Assembly: GCA_028716665.1 (NCBI GenBank)
Contig: JAQUPP010000001.1
Span: 282,860 to 346,859 of the forward strand
Direction: 5' to 3'
Length of the DNA: 64,000 bases
DNA from: Patescibacteria group bacterium
Lineage (GTDB): Bacteria > Patescibacteriota > Patescibacteriia > UBA2591 > JAQUPP01
The translations under genes were made by a program, and so were the position numbers. This document shows positions 19,552-29,346 of the stretch, piece by piece. Under the pieces are notes generated by a model. The model ran no database searches, was not told where the DNA came from, and was given only the letters and a program-made list of their open reading frames with translations. Every line of letters starts with the position of its first letter. The stretch's first letter is position 1.

Positions 19552-20022
19552 TTATTGAAAAAAGAATTTTTTGAGAAGACCAATAACTTCTTCGTTTTGT
19601 TTTATCATTTGATCATGCTGTTGTACTATCTGTTCATTTTGATAATAAATAGCTCTAAGATAATCTATAGTGGCAAGATCATACATATTACATGGACGAT
19701 TATCCCCATCTATCTTAGTTATCATCTTCCTCTGATGTTCTGCTATTTGTAACGCGTCCATTTTCTCCAACTGATTATGATCTGTCTTAGAGGAGATGAT
19801 CGGTAAAGAAGTTGACCTGGGCTTTATTATAGGAATAATCCTTTTCTGGCGAGTGGGCCACGCAGTAGCTGATGTACTTGGTTTAGACTGATTATTAACA
19901 GATTGAGTAATAAAGGGATTATTTGTATCCTTGCGACATTCGGTTGCAGATACAAATGAAACCGTTCCAATCGCGCATAAACTTATTACTGAAATTACCA
20001 GTATTGTGAGAATTTTTCTCAT
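19552..20022 (-). CDS. Hypothetical secreted protein
   Basis: Signal peptide; perfect SD 'aaaggaggaaaaaatg'. Confidence 0.45.
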   Translation of the reverse strand: MRKILTILVISVISLCAIGTVSFVSATECRKDTNNPFITQSVNNQSKPSTSATAWPTRQKRIIPIIKPRSTSLPIISSKTDHNQLEKMDALQIAEHQRKMITKIDGDNRPCNMYDLATIDYLRAIYYQNEQIVQQHDQMIKQNEEVIGLLKKFFFQ

Positions 20023-20034
20023 TTTTTCCTCCTT

Positions 20035-20556
20035 TTATTTTAAACTATAAATAATAGTTCCTTTAAATGCCTGTTTGTTTGGAGTTGCTGAAGGAATTAT
20101 TATTGTTAAGCAAAGCTTCGCTTTTCCTCCAAGCTTGTATGAAGAACCAATCAGAGTCGAGTAACTCTTTTTATTTGAGTACGCTTTAAAGCTAATTGCC
20201 TCATTGATCGAGATATCTCCTTTACCGATAGTTTTTCCAATTCCAATACTTGTTGTGTATTGTATGGGTTCAAACGAAGGGTCCACATTTATTTTTTCAA
20301 CAGCACTTAAAGAATATCCCTTACTTAAAGGATAAGCGCAGATTGCTTGAAAATCCAAAAGTGAATTTTCTATTTTTTCTGCTTTCAGCCTTAAATTCAA
20401 TTTTCCTTCTTTATATGGCTGGCTTAATGTAACCAAGCGATTTGTTTTTCCCTGGTTATACATCGCGCCTATTTCAAAATCAATCGCCCTTAGCGGTAAA
20501 GTCAATACAAATAAAGCGATAAGTACGCAAAAAATCTTTATCTTATTGATTCTCAT
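20035..20556 (-). CDS. Hypothetical secreted beta-rich protein
   Basis: Signal peptide 'MRINKIKIFCVLIALFVLTLPLRA'; SD 'aaggaggaaag' precedes the ATG at 20556 (the ORF-track start at 20592 is likely an extension). Confidence 0.45.
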   Translation of the reverse strand: MRINKIKIFCVLIALFVLTLPLRAIDFEIGAMYNQGKTNRLVTLSQPYKEGKLNLRLKAEKIENSLLDFQAICAYPLSKGYSLSAVEKINVDPSFEPIQYTTSIGIGKTIGKGDISINEAISFKAYSNKKSYSTLIGSSYKLGGKAKLCLTIIIPSATPNKQAFKGTIIYSLK

Positions 20557-20702
20557 CTTTCCTCCTTTTGTAAAAGTACTATATTTCCCCAAACCATTTT
20601 TGTTTGGTTACTATTATTTAAGCAAATTTTTCGGTTTTTGTCAACCCTCTCGCCTAAAACGCTGATAAACAATTAATTTTGTATTTTTCGAATCTCTAAA
20701 TT

Positions 20703-20735
20703 AAAAAAGAGTCCTGATTATAAGGACTCTTTTTG
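20703..20735 (-). terminator. Rho-independent terminator
   Basis: agagtcct...aggactct stem plus T-run on the minus strand. Confidence 0.65.
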
Positions 20736-20740
20736 TTTAT

Positions 20741-21055
20741 TTAGGATGAAAAATATACAGCATATAAATAGAATATCCACCAGAATACCGCTGTTTCAAA
20801 AAATAATAAAACAAACACTACCCATTTTTTAACCCTGAGTTCAGTGGCAATGGCAATAACCCTGACAATAATGGTGGCAATAATAAGAATGGCAAGAATA
20901 ACAAAGACGATCCAGATTTTAGGGGGCGCGATAAAAGGGACAACAAAGGCGATAAACAACAGAGTGCTGATTGGGGTGAACAAGATTGCCATAATTACGG
21001 CAGTTGGAATACAGTGGACCAGAATTGAAATCAGTTTTTTCATTCTTCCTCCCAT
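20741..21055 (-). CDS. Small hypothetical membrane protein (three to four TM helices)
   Basis: ORF with hydrophobic helices; no recognisable motif. Confidence 0.4.
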   Translation of the reverse strand: MGGRMKKLISILVHCIPTAVIMAILFTPISTLLFIAFVVPFIAPPKIWIVFVILAILIIATIIVRVIAIATELRVKKWVVFVLLFFETAVFWWIFYLYAVYFSS

Positions 21056-21064
21056 ACATTTAAC

Positions 21065-21274
21065 TCAACCAATGAATCTTTTTGTTTCCCAAGGTAATTT
21101 TGAAGAATCTTTTTCTAGTTCAGCTTGAGCAGATATCGCGCATCTATAGTTTCTTTCTTCCTTAGAAATTGGGCGGAATCCTTTTAAAAAGTTTTTTCGT
21201 TTTTCACTGACAGAAATGTTTTTAAGTATTTCTTTTAATTTTCCTAATTTCGTCACCTTCTTTAACTTTTTCAT
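21065..21274 (-). CDS. Small basic hypothetical protein
   Basis: SD 'aaaggaggaaaag' before the ATG at 21274. Confidence 0.35.
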   Translation of the reverse strand: MKKLKKVTKLGKLKEILKNISVSEKRKNFLKGFRPISKEERNYRCAISAQAELEKDSSKLPWETKRFIG

Positions 21275-21381
21275 CTTTTCCTCCTTTTTGAAAATAACTG
21301 TTTTCAATTATAAATGAAGCTAAAAAAAAGTCAAATTAACAGGGGATTGCTTTTCTCTTACAATGATTTATAATAATTAAT

Positions 21382-22471
21382 ATGCAGGAATTAATCGCTG
21401 AATTAAAAGATTTTAAGCAGAGGCTCGGAAAGGTCCGAGACTGTCTTTGACATTGATAAAAAAAAGCAAAAAATAAAGGAAATTGAATTTGAAATGGCTG
21501 AACCGGATTTTTGGCAAAACAGAACAGTGGCGGAAAAAAAATCGCGTGAATTCAGCCAATTAAAAGAAGAAGTGGAAAAATGGGAGAAAATAGAAAAGTC
21601 GGTTAGAGATTTCTTGGAAATAGCCCAAGAAGACGAGAAAGATCAATCAGTAAATTTAAGAGAAGACATTAAAGAGCAATTGAATTTAATCAGAAAAGAA
21701 TTGGAAAATTTGGAAAAAACCACTTTTTTCAGCGGAAAATACGACAAAGAAAATGTGATTTTATCAATTTTTGCCGGCGCGGGCGGAGTGGATGCGCAAG
21801 ATTGGGCAGAAATGCTTTTGAGAATGTATTTGAGATATATTGAGAAAAAAAATTGGCGGGCGGCGATTATTGATCAATCGCGCGGCACTGAAGCGGGAAT
21901 AAAAAGCGTTACTTTGGAAATTCAGGGAAATTATGTTTACGGTTTTTTAAAAGGCGAAGCAGGAGTTCATCGTTTGGTGCGCATTTCTCCTTTTGATGCG
22001 GAAAAAATGCGCCACACTTCTTTCGCTTTGATTGAAATTTTACCGGAAATAGAAGAGGTGGAAATTGAAATTAATCCTGATGATTTAAGAATGGATACTT
22101 TTTTGGCTTCCGGACACGGCGGACAAAACGTTCAAAAAACAGAATCGGCCATCAGAATCACTCATTTGCCGACAAAAATTTCCGTCAGTTGCCAATCAGA
22201 AAGAAGTCAATCTCAAAACAAAGAAAAAGCTCTTAAAATTTTAAAATCAAAACTTTTCAGATATTATCAGGCTGAGCAGGAAGAAGAAAAAGAACGGCTG
22301 AGGGGTGAATTCAAATCCGCGTCTTGGGGGAATCAAATTCGTTCTTATGTTATTCATCCGTATAAAATGGTTAAAGATTTGCGGACCGGTTATGAAACAT
22401 CAGATGCTCAAAAAATTTTAGACGGCGAACTGGATGAAATAATTGAAAGTTATCTTAAATTTAAAAAATAA
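21382..22471 (+). CDS. prfB: Peptide chain release factor 2, expressed through a programmed +1 ribosomal frameshift at CUU UGA C (21445-21451)
   Basis: ORF0 'MQELIAELKDFKQRLGKVRDCL' ends at TGA 21448-21450; the +1 frame continues 'DIDKKK...MAEPDFWQN' into the 21494 ORF; RF2-specific 'SPF' and universal 'GGQ' motifs present. Confidence 0.9.
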
Positions 22472-22498
22472 TACAATTGACTCAATAATTGATTTTAT

Positions 22499-23239
22499 AT
22501 GTATCCAACAAGCCGAAAGACTGTCAATCAAATGGAGAAAGAAATTATTCGACGCGCTAAAAGTTTTTTGGGTAAAAATTTAGTTGCTTTATTGGCGGAA
22601 GGAAGTTATGGCAGTTATGATTTTGTGGAAGGGTATAGCGATTATGATCTTTCAATTTTTGTTAAAAATTTTAATAAAATTAAAGAAATTAATTTTACAG
22701 ATATATCTGAGAGATATCATATAGATATTCAATGCGTTGTTAGGTCATATGAAGATTTTCAAAATAGAGTAAAAAATAATCATAAAGCCACAAGATTTAT
22801 CGGTAATTTGGACTTAATCAATATAAAAAAGAAAAAAACAAGATTATTGGTCGGAATGAATATCGCTAATTCGGTGCCCGATATTAAAAAAATAATTAAG
22901 AGGGATTTAGGTTGCGAATTAAGAGCGGAATATTATCATGCCACAAATCTGAATCCCAGTTGGAATATTTACAGAAGAGAACCGAGAAAGTGGGTTAATT
23001 ATATTATCAATCTCAGTGATAGGCTCTTGTTAAGCAAGGGAGTAATATCCAAGAAAGACGATATACCGAAAATGCTGGCCAAATATTATCCGTATTTTAG
23101 GGGCATAAAGTATATCAGAGAAGCGCTTGTTTTAAGAAAAACAAAAAGAGTTTTGAAATTAAATGAAACAGAAAAGAAACACTTGAAAAATATATTAAAT
23201 CAATTTTTAGAAGAATATAAAAGACAAGTTTTTTGCTAG
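22499..23239 (+). CDS. Nucleotidyltransferase-domain protein (Pol-beta superfamily, ANT/KNTase-like architecture)
   Basis: 'LLAEGSYGSYDFVEGYSDYDLSIFV' (GS...DxD). Confidence 0.45.
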   Translation: MYPTSRKTVNQMEKEIIRRAKSFLGKNLVALLAEGSYGSYDFVEGYSDYDLSIFVKNFNKIKEINFTDISERYHIDIQCVVRSYEDFQNRVKNNHKATRFIGNLDLINIKKKKTRLLVGMNIANSVPDIKKIIKRDLGCELRAEYYHATNLNPSWNIYRREPRKWVNYIINLSDRLLLSKGVISKKDDIPKMLAKYYPYFRGIKYIREALVLRKTKRVLKLNETEKKHLKNILNQFLEEYKRQVFC

Positions 23240-23275
23240 ATATTCGTAATGTATAATTTTTTAAAATAATTTATT

Positions 23276-25114
23276 ATGTGTGGAATTGTAGGTTATATTG
23301 GCTTGAAAAATGGAGTGCCAATTGCGATGCAAGGACTCAAAAGATTGGAATACCGAGGATATGACTCGGCCGGTTTAGCCGTGCTAACAAAAAATGGAAT
23401 TAATTCAATCAAAGTTAAGGGCAGAGTCAAAGATTTGGAAGAAAAAATCGGGCAAGAACAATTATCCAGTAATTTGGTAATTGCCCACACTCGCTGGGCC
23501 ACTCACGGAGAACCGAATGAAATTAACGCTCATCCGCATTTTGATTGTAAAAAAGAAATATTCTTGGTTCATAATGGAATTATTGAAAATTATCGAACTT
23601 TAAAAAAATGGCTGGAACAACGCGGTCATAATTTTTATTCAGAAACCGACACAGAGGTGATTGCGCATTTAATTGAAGAATATTATCAAAAAGATTTATT
23701 AACCGCAACGCAAAAAGCTCTAAGTTTGATTGACGGCGCTTATGGTTTGGCTATTATTTCTTCCCGCGAACCGGATAAATTGGTTGTCGCAAAAATGGGC
23801 AGTCCTTTGATTATCGGTTTAATAGGGGAGGGAGAATATCTGGTGGCTTCGGATCCGGCCGCAGTTGTTGAATATACTCGTAAGGTAATTTATTTGGCTG
23901 ACGGAGAAATCGCTGTTTTAACTCGAGACGGTTATCAGGTTACTACGGTTGACAATCAACCGATTCAGAAAAAAGCGGATGAAGTTTCTTGTGATCTGTC
24001 GCAAATAGAAAAAGGCGGTTTTGATCATTTTATGTTGAAAGAAATTTTTGAGCAGCCGGAAACGATTAAAAATGCTATTCGCGGCAGAGTTTTAATAAAT
24101 GAAAATAAAATTCAATTGGGCGGTATCACGGATTGGTTGGATTTTTTAACCAATGTAAAAAGAGTGGTGTTTTTGGCCTGCGGAACTTCTTGGCATGCCG
24201 GAATGATCGGCGAATATTTATTTGAGCATTTAGCCTCTTTACCGGCCGAAATTGAATATGCTTCTGAATTCAGATATAAAAATGTACCCATTAATAATGA
24301 AACGGCTTATTTTGTTATTTCTCAATCCGGAGAAACGGCGGACACGTTGGAGTCGCTTCGAAAAATAAAAAAAGCCGGTGGACACGTTTTTGGAATTGTA
24401 AACACGGTTGGTTCAACAATTGCTCGGGAAACCGATGCCGGAATTTATTTGCATGCCGGACCGGAAATCGGAGTTGCCTCAACCAAAGCCTTTACTTCGC
24501 AAGTTACGGTTTTGGCGGAATTGGCCTTGCTCTTGGGAATAAATAGGAATAAAATAAAGAAAGAAGAAATAGAATCAAGAATTAAAGCAATCAGTGAGAT
24601 TCCGGAAAAAATAAAAATAATTCTTGATAAAAATGAAGAAATTAAAAAAATCGCCAAAAAATATTATAAGTTTAATAATTTTCTTTACTTGGGTCGCGGT
24701 TATAATTTTCCAACCGCCTTGGAAGGAGCTTTAAAATTAAAAGAAATTTCTTATATTCATGCCGAAGGTTATCCGGCGGCGGAAATGAAACATGGGCCGA
24801 TTGCCCTGATTGATAAAAATATGCCGGTAGTGGTCATCGCCACTGACACAGAGGATGTTATTTATCAAAAAGTCGTCAGTAATATTGAAGAAGTGAAAGC
24901 TCGAGGGGGAAATATTATCGCCATTGCCACTGAAGGGAATGGAGAAATTAATAAAATGGCGGAAAATGTCATTTATGTTCCCAAAACCAATGGATTTTTA
25001 ACCCCGCTTTTAAGCGTTATCCCGCTTCAATTATTGGCTTATCATATGGCTGTTTTAAGAGGCTGTGATGTGGATAAACCCAGAAATTTAGCCAAGAGTG
25101 TGACTGTAGAATAA
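23276..25114 (+). CDS. glmS: Glutamine--fructose-6-phosphate aminotransferase
   Basis: N-terminal 'MCGIVGYIG' with nucleophile Cys2, two SIS domains, C-terminal 'KSVTVE'. Confidence 0.95.
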   Translation: MCGIVGYIGLKNGVPIAMQGLKRLEYRGYDSAGLAVLTKNGINSIKVKGRVKDLEEKIGQEQLSSNLVIAHTRWATHGEPNEINAHPHFDCKKEIFLVHNGIIENYRTLKKWLEQRGHNFYSETDTEVIAHLIEEYYQKDLLTATQKALSLIDGAYGLAIISSREPDKLVVAKMGSPLIIGLIGEGEYLVASDPAAVVEYTRKVIYLADGEIAVLTRDGYQVTTVDNQPIQKKADEVSCDLSQIEKGGFDHFMLKEIFEQPETIKNAIRGRVLINENKIQLGGITDWLDFLTNVKRVVFLACGTSWHAGMIGEYLFEHLASLPAEIEYASEFRYKNVPINNETAYFVISQSGETADTLESLRKIKKAGGHVFGIVNTVGSTIARETDAGIYLHAGPEIGVASTKAFTSQVTVLAELALLLGINRNKIKKEEIESRIKAISEIPEKIKIILDKNEEIKKIAKKYYKFNNFLYLGRGYNFPTALEGALKLKEISYIHAEGYPAAEMKHGPIALIDKNMPVVVIATDTEDVIYQKVVSNIEEVKARGGNIIAIATEGNGEINKMAENVIYVPKTNGFLTPLLSVIPLQLLAYHMAVLRGCDVDKPRNLAKSVTVE

Positions 25115-25117
25115 AAT

Positions 25118-25642
25118 ATGCCTAAAATGAGATTTAAAATATTATTTTTTGTTTTATTAATCCTTCTATTTTTAGTTGATTTTTTTGTAGTGGGAAATTA
25201 TGATTCGATTTGCCGCCAGCATAAAGGTTATAATTACAATTATTTTTCTGATGGGGTAACATTTAAACCTGTCGCTCAATTCGGGTTAGAAAGAATTCAA
25301 TATAATTTTAAAAACTTTTTTATTTTTTGGATATCTCCGCCTATTGCTCAAACATTCAGTAATTTAAAAGAATTTATTACTTGTGATGGAAATACGGCGG
25401 CGGAAAATATTTTTCATTTTGTCGGATTCTTTATTTTGACTCTTGTCCTTTTATATTTATTCCGTATTAATATCTGGTATACGTTATTGATTGTTGTCAT
25501 ATTTAATATTTTTCATGAATATGTGGCGGAAGGAGTTTGCTGTGATCCTTCGTTTTTAGATCTTTGGCTGGACAGCGGCGGCATTGCTTTGGGTGTTTTG
25601 TTTTTCTTTTTCAAGAGAGTTATATGGCTGTTTCGAGAATAG
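25118..25642 (+). CDS. Hypothetical membrane protein
   Basis: ORF with TM helices; no assignable motif. Confidence 0.35.
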   Translation: MPKMRFKILFFVLLILLFLVDFFVVGNYDSICRQHKGYNYNYFSDGVTFKPVAQFGLERIQYNFKNFFIFWISPPIAQTFSNLKEFITCDGNTAAENIFHFVGFFILTLVLLYLFRINIWYTLLIVVIFNIFHEYVAEGVCCDPSFLDLWLDSGGIALGVLFFFFKRVIWLFRE

Positions 25643-27087
25643 TTTTTTATTGTTTGCTATTTTTTATCGGGGGCATTGGATTAGCCTCTTTTTTCTATCT
25701 GCCATTTTTCGTTTATTTGCCGGTATTTTTATTAATTTTATTTTTTTGCGTTTTAAAAAGGCCATTTAGAAATATTTGGCCTTTTGTCTTTTTTGTCATC
25801 TTTTTTACTTTGGGTGTTATTCGTTATAATTTAAGTTTTCCAAAAATTGATGAAAATAACGTGGCTTTTTACAATAACACAAATCTTATTTTTGAGGGAC
25901 AAGTTATCAGTGAGCCGGATGTGAAAACGGACAAAACCCAACTGACTGTCGGTAAAATAAATAATAATCAATTTAAAGGTAAGGTTCTAATTTCTGCACC
26001 GCTTTATTCTGATTATCAATATGGCGATTTATTGGAAGTTGATTGTCAACTTAAGGGCGTGCTTGATAATGGATTTAAAAATAATGCGGCAATTGTTAAT
26101 GATATTTATTCGGTTTGTTATTTTCCAAAAATAACAAACTTAAATCATAATCAGGGAAATTTTTTATATCAAAAAATATTTTTATTTAAAAATCAGGTAA
26201 AGAATCTAATTGACCAAAGTTTTTCCGAACCCCAAGGATCTGTTTTTTCCGCTTTATTATTGGGGCTTCAGCGCCAAATTCCTCAAGAAGTCAGAAATTG
26301 GTTTTCTACAACCGGTACAACCCATATTTTATCAGTTTCCGGATTGCATGTGGCGATTTTATCTCAATTGATAATGATTTTTATTGTCAGTGTTTTATTG
26401 ATTCGCCGTCAAATAGCTTTTTGGCTGGCGGCAATATTAATTATATTTTTTGTTATTTTGGTTGGTGCGCCCGCCGCGGCAGTTCGAGCGGCGATTATGG
26501 GCTTGGGTATTCTCTATGCCCAGAAAATCGGCCGTCCCCAGTCAGGATTAAGAATTGTTATTTGGGCTGCGGCGATTATGCTTTTAATTAATCCGAAACT
26601 TTTAGTTCTAGACATCGGCTTCCAATTATCGTTCGCTTCAATTTTGGGTTTAATATTTTTTACTCCGATTTTTAATCAATATTTTAAAAAAATACCCAAT
26701 CTTAGGTATTTACCGATTAAGGATTGCTTGTCAGCCACTTTCAGCGCTCAGGTTTTTGTCTTTCCTTTGATTTTATATTATTTCGGCACCTTATCGCTAG
26801 CCGCGCCTTTGGCGAATATTTTAATTTTGCCCATTATTCCGGTTTTAATGTTTTTGGGAATATTTTTTATTTTATTCGGAACAATTTCTGTTTTTTTGGC
26901 GAAAATTTTATTTTGGCCGATTTGGCTCGGTCTAACCTTTTTGATTTTAACGGTGAAAATAATCGCCAAGATTTTTTATTTTTCGCCCATCATTATCAAT
27001 TTTCCTTTGATTGCCGCTTTAATTTTATATTTTTTTATTGTTTGGTGGTTAATTTATGCTCAAAAAACTCAGTCCAAAAATTCTTAA
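25624..27087 (+). CDS. comEC: ComEC/Rec2 competence channel (DUF4131 and Competence domains only)
   Basis: 'TGTTHILSVSGLHVAILSQ' Competence-domain signature; many TM helices. Confidence 0.8.
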   Translation: MAVSRIVFYCLLFFIGGIGLASFFYLPFFVYLPVFLLILFFCVLKRPFRNIWPFVFFVIFFTLGVIRYNLSFPKIDENNVAFYNNTNLIFEGQVISEPDVKTDKTQLTVGKINNNQFKGKVLISAPLYSDYQYGDLLEVDCQLKGVLDNGFKNNAAIVNDIYSVCYFPKITNLNHNQGNFLYQKIFLFKNQVKNLIDQSFSEPQGSVFSALLLGLQRQIPQEVRNWFSTTGTTHILSVSGLHVAILSQLIMIFIVSVLLIRRQIAFWLAAILIIFFVILVGAPAAAVRAAIMGLGILYAQKIGRPQSGLRIVIWAAAIMLLINPKLLVLDIGFQLSFASILGLIFFTPIFNQYFKKIPNLRYLPIKDCLSATFSAQVFVFPLILYYFGTLSLAAPLANILILPIIPVLMFLGIFFILFGTISVFLAKILFWPIWLGLTFLILTVKIIAKIFYFSPIIINFPLIAALILYFFIVWWLIYAQKTQSKNS

Positions 27088-27949
27088 AATAATCATTTTC
27101 TCAGTCACCGGACTTTTATTGATTAATCTGGTTATTTTGGGTTATTGGTTGATTTTGACCCAGAATAATTATAATTCTTTAAGAGTTGTTTTTTTTGATG
27201 TCGGGCAAGGCGACTCAGCCTTGATACAGACGCCGGAAGGGAAGAATATTCTAATAGACGGCGGGCCGGACAAAAATGTTATTTATAAATTGGATAAATA
27301 TATTCCCATTACTCGCCGAAAAATTGATTTAATGATTTTGACTCATCCGGACCCCGATCATCTGATCGGCCTGGTTGAAGTTCTGCGACGCTGGCCGGTT
27401 GATCAAATCGTAACCAACAATACTGAAGAAACTGACTCTCTTTATTTCGAATGGAAGAAATTAATTCAAGAAAAAAATATTACGCCTGTTATTATTTCAG
27501 AACAGCGAAAAATTTGGTTGAATGATAAAATTTATTTGGATTTTTTGTGGCCGATTCAAGAGTTGGCCGGTCAATCCAATAAAGACGATAATAATCCCAA
27601 TTCTTTGGTTTTTAAGTTGGTTGATAATCAAAATAAAATTCTTTTTACCGGCGACGCCACCAGTGAAATAGAAAAAATATTATTGGACAATAATTATGAT
27701 TTGCAATCACAGGTTTTAAAAGTCGGGCATCACGGTTCCAAATATTCTTCGGATTTGAATTTTTTGGAAAAAATCAGCCCGATTTACGGCGTTATTTCGG
27801 TTGGCCAAAATAATAAATTCGGACATCCCAGCTTGAGGGCTTTAACAAGCTTGGAAGAAGTTGGCGCAGAAATATTAAGAACAGATCAAAACGGCGACAT
27901 TGTTTTTATTGACAAAAACGGGAAATTAATCTTAAAAATTGAGAAATAA
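27056..27949 (+). CDS. Metallo-beta-lactamase domain protein corresponding to the ComEC C-terminal MBL domain, encoded as a separate overlapping ORF
   Basis: 'VVFFDVGQGDSALIQTPEGKNILIDGGPD', 'LTHPDPDHLIGL', 'VGHHGSKYS'; N-terminal TM; different frame from the comEC ORF, with a 32-nt overlap. Confidence 0.75.
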   Translation: MLKKLSPKILKIIIFSVTGLLLINLVILGYWLILTQNNYNSLRVVFFDVGQGDSALIQTPEGKNILIDGGPDKNVIYKLDKYIPITRRKIDLMILTHPDPDHLIGLVEVLRRWPVDQIVTNNTEETDSLYFEWKKLIQEKNITPVIISEQRKIWLNDKIYLDFLWPIQELAGQSNKDDNNPNSLVFKLVDNQNKILFTGDATSEIEKILLDNNYDLQSQVLKVGHHGSKYSSDLNFLEKISPIYGVISVGQNNKFGHPSLRALTSLEEVGAEILRTDQNGDIVFIDKNGKLILKIEK

Positions 27950-27999
27950 TTCATATTTCGGCCATTGATTAATCGTGTGATTGTTATAAAATATCTCTT

Positions 28000-28725
28000 A
28001 TGACATTGTCCATTGTTATCCCGGTTTACAATGAAAAGAAAACGATTTTGGAAATTTTAAAACGCCTTGAAGTGGTAAATTTTGGCTGTGATTACGAAAT
28101 TATTATTATTGACGATTGTTCTACTGACGGCACTGCTGCTTTATTAAAATCCGAAATTCTAAATCCAAAATCCGAAACAAATTCCAAATTCCAAATTCTA
28201 AATTCTAAAATCAGAATTTTTTTTCAAAATAAAAATTCTGGCAAGGGAGCGGCATTGAGACGCGGATTCCAAGAGGCGAGCGGTGAAATAATTGTTGTTC
28301 AGGACGCGGATTTGGAATATAATCCACAAGATTTACCAAAACTTATTCAACTGATTCTGGAAGGAAAAACGGATATAGTTTACGGTTCGCGGTTTTTAAT
28401 TAAACAAAAAGCAAAATATAAAATATTTTATTGGGGTAATCGTTTGATCGCCTTTTTGTTTTTTCTTTTTTACGGTCAGAAAATTACCGATCCCTGGACT
28501 TGCTATAAAGTTTTTAAAAAATCAATTACCCAAAATTTAAAATTAGAATCAAATGGTTTTGAGATGGAGCTTGAGATGACGGCTAAATTTTTGCGTAGAG
28601 GTTATAAAATTTTAGAACTGCCTATTTCATATCGAAGCCGAACTTATACTGAAGGAAAAAAAATCAAATGGATTGATGGAATAAAGGCTATTTTTACTAT
28701 TATTAAGTATAAATTTCATGATTGA
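28000..28725 (+). CDS. Family-2 glycosyltransferase (DPM1/GtrB-like)
   Basis: 'LSIVIPVYNE', 'IIIIDDCSTDGT', 'VVQDADLEY' (DxD). Carries an in-frame heptamer-repeat patch 28151-28212 'ILNPKSETNSKFQILNSKIRIFF'. Confidence 0.85.
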   Translation: MTLSIVIPVYNEKKTILEILKRLEVVNFGCDYEIIIIDDCSTDGTAALLKSEILNPKSETNSKFQILNSKIRIFFQNKNSGKGAALRRGFQEASGEIIVVQDADLEYNPQDLPKLIQLILEGKTDIVYGSRFLIKQKAKYKIFYWGNRLIAFLFFLFYGQKITDPWTCYKVFKKSITQNLKLESNGFEMELEMTAKFLRRGYKILELPISYRSRTYTEGKKIKWIDGIKAIFTIIKYKFHD

Positions 28726-29344
28726 ATTTTTTAAAAATTATTTTTCTTTACCGATTAAACAATATTTTTATATTAACGTTATTCCGGAGTATAATATTGC
28801 CGGAATTTTTGATTCTTTATATTTTTATTTTATTATTATTTTGGCTATTGTTATAATTATTATTTTTAGTAGAATTTTTTTAATTAAATATCGCCACAAG
28901 ATAAATTTTAATAAAACTTTTTTATATTTTCTGTTGATTTTTTGGCTGATTACTTCTTTACGCTGGTTTGGTATTGAAGCAGAATTGTTAAAAAAAGATT
29001 TTAAAGAATTATTCGGACAAAATTTAGCTGTTCAACGCACCAATTTAACAATAAGAGCAATGCGGTCAACGGAATTACCGCCAAATTGGTATGATTTGTA
29101 TGATTTTTTGCAATTTGTCCAAAAAGAAATTCCTGTTGGAAAGACCGCTTATTTTTTACCCGATGATAATACTTTAAAATTTTGGACAAAATATTGGCTT
29201 TATCCGAATTTATGGGTTGAAACTACCTATTTGTTCAGGGCAGATTATATTCTTGTTTTTAATTTAGAAATAAAAGAAATACCTAAAAATTTTGAAAAAT
29301 ATCGCGAATTTGCGCCAAATCAATTCATTTTAAAAAAGATTTAG
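28718..29344 (+). CDS. Hypothetical membrane protein
   Basis: ORF in a glycosyltransferase operon context. Confidence 0.35.
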   Translation: MIEFFKNYFSLPIKQYFYINVIPEYNIAGIFDSLYFYFIIILAIVIIIIFSRIFLIKYRHKINFNKTFLYFLLIFWLITSLRWFGIEAELLKKDFKELFGQNLAVQRTNLTIRAMRSTELPPNWYDLYDFLQFVQKEIPVGKTAYFLPDDNTLKFWTKYWLYPNLWVETTYLFRADYILVFNLEIKEIPKNFEKYREFAPNQFILKKI

Positions 29345-29346
29345 AT

